Position numbers and translations under genes: made by a program. A stretch of 64,000 bases of DNA from contig VJWM01000003.1 of assembly GCA_010909165.1 (NCBI GenBank), positions 372,001 through 436,000 of the forward strand, given 5' to 3'. Under the pieces are notes generated by a model. The model searched no databases. It was not told where the DNA came from and worked only from the letters and a program-made list of their open reading frames with translations. Below, piece by piece: positions 10,905-22,141 of this stretch (its first letter is position 1; the number at the start of each line of letters is the position of its first letter). This stretch comes from Anthoceros angustus. Its lineage: Eukaryota; Plantae; Anthocerotophyta.

Positions 10905-13900
10905 CTAGAAAGAGTCACCATCAGAGAATAAGCTCATAGGGAAGCCAGTAGGAAGCACGAAATCCGGTCCCGTCTTTTCACGCGAAATCGCCTTGCCCAA
11001 TGCATAGCCCAAAGCTCTGGCTACAGGCACCGCCACAGCATTTCCAACCTGTTTGTATCTGCAACATGCAAAGATAGTGAACAGTGAATTTGGGCGAATA
11101 GTTGCTACGTTGATATCTGAGCTTCTTGACAGATTACCACACCTTTCCTTTGTTTCACCGAACAGCTTGTAGTGATCAGGGAAGCCTTGTAATCTAGCAT
11201 TCTCCCTTATGGAGAGCACACGATCCTGGGAAGGATGCAAGACAGCCTGCAGGACAAGGAGTCAAGATCAAGCCACTTGCATTCTTCCAGACAGGCTCTC
11301 GAAGATCGGGGCGCATCTGACCTGATTATGAGGCTCTGCTCGGGTCACGACGGTGGCCACAGTTTGGTCCCACCACAACCGCCCAAATGGTCTGTACACA
11401 AATAAGCACATTGTTAGCGATAGGACCTAAAAGCCCAAAAGGAAGTAAAGATAAGTCATCGTAGCTGCAAGTTAAGTAGACTTACTTGGAACTTTTGCCT
11501 TTCACGAAAGTGATGGCGTAGTCGGGAACCTGCGGCCACTCAAACCAGCACCGTTTCAAAATTCGTATCCGCCGTTTTGTTTAAGGTGATTATCGATTTC
11601 TACAATACACGTACCAAAGGCTTCCCAGATGCCAGCAGTTTTCTATTTTCTTGCTTAACAGTGACAGTGTTGTCCTTCAAAACTATCACCCCTTCGAGAT
11701 CCCGGAAATTTGCTCCCTGTTGGGGCATACAAGCGATGAAGTCTTTGCAGGAGTGAAAACAACAGAATGTAAGAACAAGCGACATGTAAGCGGAGGATAC
11801 CTTTCTTTTGGGAATTTGACAGGCACGATCAATGTCATCCTGGTTCATGATCAGCGGCTTATGATCAAACAGCAGCGAAGGCTGACAGCCACCTGCAGCA
11901 CGATTTAAAATGTTAAAAATTGGCAGAATGGTGAGCTAAGGGAAGCTTCTTATGGTCTAGGCAGCCACCTGGTTTGGGGAGACGAACGAGCTTTTGGAAC
12001 GGAGTCTCTGGCGCCTTAATGTATGGTATTTCATCCCTTGTTTCATAATTATCGATCTAGACAGGACAGAAGGTTAGACTGAGGGCTTGTTATGAGGGTG
12101 CATGACCCACCAGGCAGTAAAAACTTACAGGAGGTAGATCGGATATTGCATCCTGGAGAAGAAGAGCTTTTTCCAGGGGGCGATCGTCTTCAACGGCTAC
12201 CAGGTTTTGCTGCACAGAAGTGGGGCTTGGTTAGGTCATGGAGGCAAGGAATTGACAAGATGGGCAAAGAGCGTGGATGGACCATATATGATCACCTTAA
12301 AGCGGTCTGGTGCATGTCCTCGTCTGACGACATCGTGGGTCGGAAGCGGAAAAGCAGGCAGCATCTGCAGCAAGAACCTCATGACTGTCAAATTAGAGCA
12401 AACCCGAATCCGCCAGTAACCCTACAAAAGAACTCCAACAGATGCTGAGTAGGAAGCACAAGGTACCTCCATGATAGAGGCACCCCAAAGGAACACCCTC
12501 ATTCGGTATTGGGGTAAACCATAAGACCCTGCAACCATGAGGCCAATTTTGGCCTACGTACATAGATTTCGATGAGTCTCTCAAAAGATCGGTACCTGCA
12601 TCCTGGACGTGTAGTGGAGCATGAGTTACCTGATACTGCATACCGACAAGACGGCTGAGGGCATATTTGCCGAGCACACCTCCACAGAACTTCAATATAT
12701 CTACAACATTCTCCATGAGAATGAATCGAGGTTTGAGAAAGTTCACGATATCCATGTACACCACCATTTGGTGATTGCGAGGGTCTGCGAGCGGATTTTC
12801 GTAGTTTCTAAACCTATTGAAGCCACTGGCTCCCTGGCACGGAGGGCCACCACATATCACATCTACCTCCCCCTGTCAACAAAGGAAGGTCATGTCATGA
12901 AAATGAAAGAGATGCATTCCCAATCTCATAAATACGTGCAAGTCCTCACTGGCACGGGCAAAATCCTGTTCTTCCGACCGTGTACCACGAACTCCTTCAA
13001 ACGCTCAGGACAATGCCTGCCAAAACAAAAAATCCAGCAGAGAGTTGAGCCCACAAACATGCAGGTTCTTCGCCCATGCTTCAGAATAGCGTGATGATGG
13101 GAATGAGAATAACTTACTCAAGGTTTTCCAGAGGTTCCCAGGTATCCTCTTCTTCATCATATCCCTTCCACCGAACCTGTGCAACAAACTATTCGATGAG
13201 CGAAAGGGGAATTGAAGGGATTCAACCCGACGACACAACAATGATGTTGCTCACCTTGAAGAGAAGGCCCTTCTCAGCGTCATACTTTATGTCAAGGAGC
13301 TTTTCCACTTCAAAAATGTCTTGATCGTTAGTGGTGGAACCATCATCATCCTCAGAGGGTTCCTCACCCACTTTGGACTCAAATTCAGCATTAGCTGTGT
13401 ACTTCGAACACAGTCCTTGCCAGCATTTGATCGCTTCAAGGAAGGTATCTGCTGATTCGTTTCTCACCTAGTGACGGAGACCCAAAATCAGCATGATCAA
13501 GCAAAAAGCAACACTGAATAGAAAGGTGATCTTGGTACGTATTTCTCACCATAGTTTCGGGGTGGTTATGTTTGTAGCTTTTGCAGGCGTCTTCATTGAT
13601 ATCAATGGCCCATCTCTGCGACACAAGGTAGTCAGGATCAGCAATGTGACCCCCTCACTGACAGGCAGATGAGAATATGTGAAGTCTTACCGATACAAGG
13701 TTATGCCCAGCTAACTGGGCTCCAGAACACAAGCCAGTTGACATTGCCCCACAGCCTGCATAAAGGTCTAAAAGGCTTAAGTCGGGATAGCCCGACTCCT
13801 TCTTCTGCTTGACTTTCTTGGACAACGATGCTGTGGGTTCTTGACAGGTTGCCGTACTCCCGTTCGACTCCTGGCTAGAAAAAGCCGCGGCGTCTGCCGC

Positions 13901-15519
13901 CAGAATAGGGACGATAACGATGAGAATCATAAGACTGCAGCCCCTTGCTTCATGAGGACGATATCCACATGCACGACACATGATCTGCACTGACCCATAC
14001 CTGGCAGCGTAGAGAAAGTTGAGTACTGCTCATTGTAAGCCATGTCGTAGTAGTATTCAGAACGAGGAACGGCCACTGAACTACTGCACTTGACCTGCAC
14101 AACAACCCCGCGGTGTCATCCCAAGAACTACCTTCAAAGTACAGCGCTCCTCCTGGACGGCAGATGCTTACCATCGGGTGTACTTTGGAGACGGATACTT
14201 TCCTCACTAGGCAATCCAAAGGATTGGGATCATTGTGACTGGAGAGAAACAGTCTCCTCTGATCATGCATGGTGGGGTCTCCCCCTTTTTCTCCAAGAGC
14301 CTGTAATAAAACCCAGGATCAGCAGGATTCAAGATTGAAGCAGCCATGTCCCTTTCAACAAATTAGTACAGCGCAGAAACGGGGGAGCCGCCGTACCGTA
14401 TCCTCTGGAAAGTAAAACCAGTCGCAGCACATATAGGGGCTCCCATCCTTCTCCTCGAACATCTCCGTGATCAGGCCCAAGAAGTTCTTGGCTTCCTCGC
14501 TCTGCACACCCACTGTATCAGAACCCAACAAGAACCAGCTCCCTTCGGTGGCGGAAGATCAACTTCATGCAATTTCACACCAAGGAGAAGAACAACAGAC
14601 TTTGACTTCGGCTGCGTCTCCAATTTCGAAGTAGATGCCATCCACCTCTGCCGCAGTGTAATGGGCGACGGCGACGTAATCCCCGTCCTGTACCCACAAC
14701 CCGAACACGGCTCTCACGCCATCCAGCAGGAAGCTAGACACACAAATTCCACATTCCTCATTCCCACCCCAAATTCCACATTCGACTAACCTTGTACCGT
14801 TCGGGAAACATGGCCAATGCAACGCTTTTGTCCATGGGAGCCCCGACGAACTTTGCATAACACGTGTCGTCATCATCGTCATCTTCTTCCTCCTCTTCAC
14901 TCCCGTCCACAACATCGTCGCTACCAGCAGACGAGCTCTTGGGCTTCTGCTGCCCATTCTCCTCACTCTCATCCTCTTCCTCCCCACCCACCGAGTTCTC
15001 GCTCTGGCACGCCCTGGGTGGCGCTCCTGCATTCTCCAGGCTGGTGAGCGCAGTCGTCTTGCTGCTGCTGCTGTCCTTGGAGCAGGATTCCTTCTCCTCC
15101 ACTCTGCTCCGCTTCTGCGGCGCTACATTCTTTCCTCCCTTCCTCCGCTTTCTCCCCTTCCCCTCTTCCCGTCCCCCAACCTCCTCCCCCTCCCCCTCGT
15201 CCTCCTTCACCTGCGTTTTGAACTTTTTCTTCTTTTCCTTCCCCTTCTCGTTTCCCGTCTCCTTCTTCAACTCCAGATTTCCCTCGTTTCCATCATCCAG
15301 CTTCACCTCCTCTTCCCTTTCCCCATTCTTCTTCACCTCCTTCCTCGCATTCCTCCTCCCCTCGGCCTTCCCCCGCCCCGCCCCCTTCTCAGCTGTTTCC
15401 AAATTGGGCTTTATGCGCGGAGGCAACGGTGTGTTAAGCAGCGCCGCCAATTCCCGGTTGGGCTTCTTCACTCCGGGAGTGCTTTCGACCTGCTTCGTCG
15501 ACGCCTTGGGTTTCGCCAT
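10905..15519 (-). CDS. CMT: Chromomethylase (BAH domain plus chromodomain-containing DNA cytosine-5 methyltransferase), multi-exon
   Basis: Charged N-terminus MAKPKAST...; BAH ([14 protein letters not shown]...[25 protein letters not shown]); motif [16 protein letters not shown]; chromodomain IFEVEKLL...[15 protein letters not shown]; catalytic ICGGPPCQG; MENV; [11 protein letters not shown]; [12 protein letters not shown] introns; stop TAG at 10905. Confidence 0.95.
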
Positions 15520-18500
15520 TGCTCGTCTGCACAAAAGGCCACCCACCACGACCCACCTCGTCACAAGGCACCAGAAACGAAAACCCACCACCCCAAACAC
15601 GCACATCCCTTGCATTTCTCTATCGCCCCACAACCCAAAACGTATGCATTCCCAGCACCCACAAATTCCAATTTCAAGCCCACAAATTCCAATTTCAAGC
15701 TCACATTCCGTGCCGCTCGCACCGGAACAGCTCAGGCGGACTGTATGGCACCCAGCAGCGCGGGAATGGGGCGGGCGAGAGTGGCTAGCAATGCGGAGGG
15801 AGTGGGTGAATCCCACGGAGCTGAGCTGAGGAGCCCAAGGAGAAAACTTGAAGCAGTCTGCTCCAGCCTCCTGTCACCAGCCGTGGAGCTAGTCCACTAT
15901 CCCCAGCGTCCTGTAACGGGCGCTGCCCGCCTGTATCCCCAGGGGAACCTGGAACCTGCCCGCCTTTCGCGCGCGTGTCCCGCCCTGCTGCCTCGCCTGG
16001 CCGTTTAAACTTTAGAGGCGCGCTTGTGAACTTGGAGGATGGCTAAAACTCCACACAAACTAACTTTGCACGCTTCTCAAAGCATTTGGGACCCACCACC
16101 TCGCCATCCCGCATACCCGCCTCTCCCATGCCATAGCCAGGACCGGCCCGTTGCACCGTTCGGTTCCAACGTCGCGAGTGCCGGTGTTTCCCATCTGCCA
16201 CTGCCACCGGGAGTGTAACCCTAGCGATGTACCGGCTAAACCCTCAGCTCTTGCGAAATTGGGGCTTGTTGAGGTTCCGTTGCGTTCTGGTGGGCGGAGT
16301 GGTCTAAAGTGGCATTAAGAACATGGTGTTTAACCCGGAACGCCGCGCCCTACTTTCGGCCATTTTCCATTATTTATTTTTAAAATAAAATTAATTAAAA
16401 AATTGGACCGTTCTGTTCTTGCCTCCACAAGTAGCACCGTACTTGGATCTACACAAGTGTGTGGCTCAAAAAAATATGAAACCCATCTCAGTTGTCCACC
16501 ACTAATTTCCAAGGTGCTTCAAAGACATATGAAACCTACCTTGGTTGTCCACCACTTATGTGCAAGGTGCTTTCAGTAGAGCTGTCAATGTCCACGAGGA
16601 GAAGTATCTTCATCTGGTTTACAACTTCCATTACTCATCTTGTTGAACTAATATGACAGGAAAAGCGAGAACCATAACCACCACGCTGTCACAAAAATGG
16701 GCTAAGTCCAATGCTCGTGGACCGGCTCAAAACATTTTTAGAAGTGAAAAATCCTGGTTCCCAAGGGAACTACAGGTCACAAAAATTGTTTCACTACACA
16801 CAACCGCATATGATAAAGTAGGCTTGCCAGCAAGCTTCTACTCTACATTCTACCTCCTACCGCTGGTTCACATACCGGCCACCTCTTGTCTCCACGTTTC
16901 ATCAAAACTCGGCCACCGCTTATTCCATTTGATTCCGGACACAGTCATTGGCCAAGGATGCAAGCATTGCCTACAGACAGTGGTCCAAGGTGAAAAAACG
17001 ACGGGATCAGGGGAGCGGGGATGCCCCCGTTTAAACATGGTCTCGCTAAACCCAAGGCCGAACTAGTACGGCTGTGTGGGATCTAAAAGGATCTTTCCAT
17101 TCGATGGCTTGTAGTAGCCGATCCATGGTAGTCTTTTTTTTTACGAAAAAATAATTATGGCAAGGAGCAGAAACGAAGGGTATGGGATGCTTTATTAGTT
17201 TGTATGGAGATTTTGCACCTGCTTGAATTTGGGGGCCATTGTGATGCCCATTCTCACCCGCCGGTCCACTTTCATGCAAAACAGGATGCTTACACGATAC
17301 ATCAGCGTTATATAAACCCAGCCATGCATCTAGCTAAGCACATCACAAGAAAAGCCCAATAACACACAAGCTTGCTAGGTAAACATTGCAGCCTACATCC
17401 TTTAGCAGCTATCCTTGACAGCTATCAAGGATGACCCCTTGGGACAACTCAACCACATCTAGAAAAAAGGGCGGGCAAATCTTCATACAACTTGCTAAGA
17501 AATCACATACATACACTCATGATCTTAACAACACGAGAGAAGCTTTGTGTGGCTAGAGCATTGTTTAGTCCTCCAGCATGTAGGTTCAAGTTCCCCAACA
17601 AGCAGGCAAGAAATGTCAGTGTCGTGCACTCTGATACAACGAAACCAGAGTTTGATTACAAGCTGAGAGCGGGCTGTGTTCTTCACAAGCCTGCGAAATA
17701 GGACTCACATAAAGTTGCCTCCATGGCTGCTTGCCAGTGCCTTGTAGCTAGCTTGGCCTTGCCGCATTAAAACCTAGATCCTGCCGTCATCGCCCACCTT
17801 GACGAGAGAAAGCTCAAACGACGAGAGAGCCTCGATCCTAGAGCGAAGCATAATGGCTCAACTGGAAATTAAATGACCTCAACTAGGACATTAATTAATC
17901 TAAATTGACTGCTACATTAATGACATACCAGCAAAATGAATATCTACCATAATGTTCTTTTACTAGACTACTTTAAGATCGCCTTCACCTGGCAATCACC
18001 TAGAACAAGCTTGACACCAAGCACTTAAAATTATATGGTAGGTGGTCTTTCATTGTCTTACAAATCATCTAGCACACTATCTTATGCACTCCACATGCTT
18101 TCAAAACCTCCTTGCAGGACTTTCCAGCCGCTGCTTGGAATTTTCAGCCACTGGAGGAATTTTTAGCAACATCATGCATGTTTTACATTGGAAGAAGAAG
18201 AAACTTTTGGCACCATCATGCCTGTTTTACATCGAAAGAAGAAGAAGAAGAAGAAGTCCATTTTAGTCCACTTCAACGAAATTTTCCTATCCTGCGACTT
18301 GGTACATAATAACTTGTACCATGGTGTGCCTAAGCTACTTGCACCAAGAGCATCCACTGCCTCTAGGCACCCCATCTAAGTACCAATCTAAGTGCCAGAT
18401 GGTTAACGATGGTGTTCTTATAAATGTTTGTCCATTGGTCTAAGCCATTTGGACACACATCGCACTAGATGCAAGCTTGTTGATCAAGCTGCCCATCTTC

Positions 18501-18669
18501 TTTCAAGACTTGACAATTTATTATTATATTCTATATCAATAATATTTAAGATAATTTTAGAATCACATAAATCTTTAAGATATTCCCGGACTCTATAGTT
18601 GAATCTACAAATAATTCATATTCTCAAAAGACAATATCACATATGACATGGTCAAACTTGGTGAGATTG

Positions 18670-19200
18670 ACTCCAATATTCCCACAAGTTATATATTATA
18701 ATACAATATATTGCAAATCTATGTACAATAAGCTTCAAGAACACGATAGAGAAGAAAATTTTATTTCATATTGACTCCAATCTTCTAACAAGTTATATAT
18801 TATAATACAATATATTGCAAATCTATGTACAACAAGATTCAAGAACAAGATAGGGAAGAAAATTTTATTTTATACATTTAGTCCTTGGGTGGACACATTG
18901 GAGTGACGAGGGTCACTATCACCCCCCGCGGGTTCAGCATAGGCAACAACTCAAATGAGATATTGTAGCTAGATCAACCACCTTCTACAAATTCGATATG
19001 TAGGTGGATCAGCTCCTTTCTAGGTATTCGATATGTAGGCGGATCACACAACTCAAATGGGATATTGTAGCAAGATCAGCCACCTTCTGCATATATGATA
19101 TATAGCCGGATCAACCGCCTTCTAGGTATTTGATATGTAACCAAATGATCCGCTTTTCACATATTCGTTATACAACTGGATCAACCACATTCTATACATC
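18670..19200. repeat. ~105-bp tandem duplication followed by degenerate ~37-bp repeats
   Basis: caagttatatattataatacaatatattgcaaatctatgtacaa occurs twice; gatcaaccaccttcta...gatatgtag units recur at 18970-19200. Confidence 0.7.
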
Positions 19201-21023
19201 CTCTTCCACTCATAGTGATCCCACACAACATGACAATAATCTAAGCTTTATTTATTTTATTAATATGATTACTTAGAGTAATTATCTAATATCAATTAAT
19301 TTTAAATACTTATATCAATTAAATTATGTTTATGCTTAAAATTTTCATATGTGCTGCATATAGAGAAATGGTTGGACTTCGTGACCCTATCAACTCAAAT
19401 CACATGCTGCAAAATTGAAAGAAATAAGGATCTCATACACTGTCCTCTTGTGTCTACTCCGCATATGTTGCTAGCTAGCTAGCGCTAGTGGTGGTGAGCA
19501 CCGCTGCTAAGCTCCGGCGGTTGTTGCATTCTAGTTGATGTTGAGCTCCGGAGCCGCCATTGATCACCTCTAGATAGGGACTTATCCCTCGGCGCTGAGC
19601 TCCACTATAATGGCACCTAAAGCGATCTGATGCATCCTGCACTAGGAATTCCTCAATCGGATGTTGTTGGGTTTTGCTCTTGCAGGAATACAAAGCATGT
19701 CGCTGGCACTGAGCTTCGGCTTTAATTTTTCAATTCCCAATGTTTTTCAATACCCAATGCTGCCAAGCTTCTTGCACTTGCAAGAAGACCATAGTGGGCT
19801 TTTGAGAGCACTTGAGACCATGTAGCGCAGTTGGCTTCTCATCTCTTGCGCTTCATGGTGAGAGAAATAGAGGCCCTTGACTCATAGTTTGGTGCAAGGT
19901 ACACCTTGACACTGGTGTGTGCGGTGCTAGATTTTGAGGCAAGCAGCACAACCCTAAACCGTTGAGGGTGTGAAGCCAAATAGAGTTTCTTGATTTTAAT
20001 AACTCATATATATTATCCTCATTATATATACCCTTGACATATCCAGGATGCATTTTGCTCGTTGTCCCCGTTATTGCCACACATGACATCATTCATGACG
20101 TCACACTTGGTCCAAAGCGACTAAGTTTGGGTGGCAGACGTGGTAGTCACACATCCTATACTAGACTACTTCTTTGATCTAAGAGGCTGGCCCACCTGCC
20201 CTCCCCTATGCTTAATGACCTCTGCCGCCCCCACTCTAACTATTGCCCAACCTGGATGGATAACCTCTTCAAATAACAAGGTAAGATGACCGCCCAACTT
20301 AGAACTTAGTTGGTACTTCTTAGTGTAACCATGAAGATCTGCACAAGTTGTATTATGGTCACAGGCTCACCCCATCTCTCCATGTTAATAAAATCCTCCC
20401 ATGTACTCTAATTAATAATAATAATAATTTTATCGTATTCACTGATCCTTTCGACCAGTACTAGGATATAGTAGCTTCAGTTTTGATTGAATGCAGAATG
20501 TTCTACGGATCCATGTTACAAGTTTGACAGAGGCCAAGTCCTATGACGGATATGCCGTGTGTTACACCGTAAAACGACAGCCTAGCTACCATACTTAAAC
20601 CACATTCTTCAAAAAAAATATAGAGCTTGTGTGAGCAGCTTCCAACTGCATCTATCTCGCTTATCCTGGTCACCGCTAACATGCCATCCTTTAAACTAGA
20701 ATAGAGTTTTTTTCTACTTCTTTTTTCGACCTAAGTACAAACTAAGATAGGGGGGCCGATAGCTTATATTTTGTAATAGGTTCCCATTGGGGTTGCACAC
20801 CTTGTAATACATATACCTATATGTGATCGGAATTTCCCATATATGCAAATATAAAGTCTCCATATTCTTCCTATGTATAAAGCTTATAAGACTTGAGGTG
20901 TCTATATGCGTAGGTATACAGTATGTTCATCCTAGCTTGTGTCTTGTCCTAACCTCGGGTTTTGTAACAGTTGAATGACCTAGTGGCCCAACTAGGAGCT
21001 CCAGAGCGGCAACGAAGGCAGAT

Positions 21024-21467
21024 ATGGCCGTGGAGGCCGACCCTGCCGCGGAGCGCAGGGAGAGATTGCGCGCCTTGCGTGCTGCCGCGGAGCTTTCCCA
21101 GAACCTTGCATCTGAGCATCACGATGATGAGGACGAGCGGGATGGGGTTGTCGTGGATGGCGAGCCAGCTCAGGTTATGAGCTTCCGAAATTACGTGCCT
21201 CACGATGAACAGCTGCTGCAGAAGAAGAAGTCTCCAGTAGCCCTCTCCAAGTTTGAGGATCCTGTTACCAGGACAGAAGCGGATGAAGGTCGGCTGGAAG
21301 ATCCCATTGTGAGCATCGCCCCCAAGAAGCCTAATTGGGACTTGCGGAGGGACGTCGCGAAAAAGCTAGAAAAGTTGGAGCGGCGCACTCAGCGCGCCAT
21401 TATCGAGCTCATGCAGGACGAGGAGAAGCTTCGTCAAGCCGCTGCCGAGGAAGTGATCGACGATTAG
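21024..21467 (+). CDS. CWF18: Cwf18/CCDC12 pre-mRNA splicing factor, intronless CDS
   Basis: AAERRERLRALR...FRNYVPHDEQL...IAPKKPNWDLRRDVAKKLEKLERRTQRAI is the cwf18 family signature. Confidence 0.92.
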   Translation: MAVEADPAAERRERLRALRAAAELSQNLASEHHDDEDERDGVVVDGEPAQVMSFRNYVPHDEQLLQKKKSPVALSKFEDPVTRTEADEGRLEDPIVSIAPKKPNWDLRRDVAKKLEKLERRTQRAIIELMQDEEKLRQAAAEEVIDD

Positions 21468-22141
21468 GGTGTCTCGTTATGCCTGCATCTCTCTGTACGA
21501 ATTGCTAGCAGTAGACAAGGATATTAGACCCTTTCAATCGGATTCTTAGGTGGAGAAACGCTTGGTCTTAGGGAACCCTTCATCCCTGCTGTCTGCCCCC
21601 TGTAGGTTGAGAGTTGATCGAGGTGCAGTTGCCTTGCTTTGTGCATAGTTATTTGAAGTTGTTTGCTTCGGTTGGCTCTTGACCATCCTGGCATCCAGGT
21701 TGCATCGTCTTGTTCTGGCACATTAAATGGCAATGAGGAGCGGGTTAACGATCAGATTAGGGTCCTTCCATGCTCATGAATTTGCATCTGGGTGCTGATC
21801 ACAACTCGAACGTCTTCGCGATTTTGATTTTGGGTCTTCCAAAATTGGCCTTGAACTCTTCAAAGTGATCGACTCATGTCTTGTCGTGGGGAGATGTAGC
21901 CTTGAGCATCATCTCTTGTGGTTGGGGGATGTAGCCTCTAAACTTTGAAGTGATTCGCCGTTTCATTCCCCGGTCATGCAATTGGGAATCGGATACCTCC
22001 CTCTGAGATGACTAGCTAGTGATTCACCAACTCTTCTCTTGTTGGTCTGGTTTGCACACCTTAGTACATACCGGGGCATCTTGGCACGGCCCGCATAGTG
22101 GTGCCTGCAATACCTCATCTTCCAATAGCGGTGCCTGCAAT

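Noticed and set aside
14864-15829. 321-aa Ser/Phe-rich plus-strand ORF
   Set aside because: Antisense shadow of the Glu/Lys-rich CMT first exon.
22019-22141. GTG start given by the ORF track for the PPR gene
   Set aside because: This is a eukaryotic gene, so the first in-frame ATG at 22142 was used.
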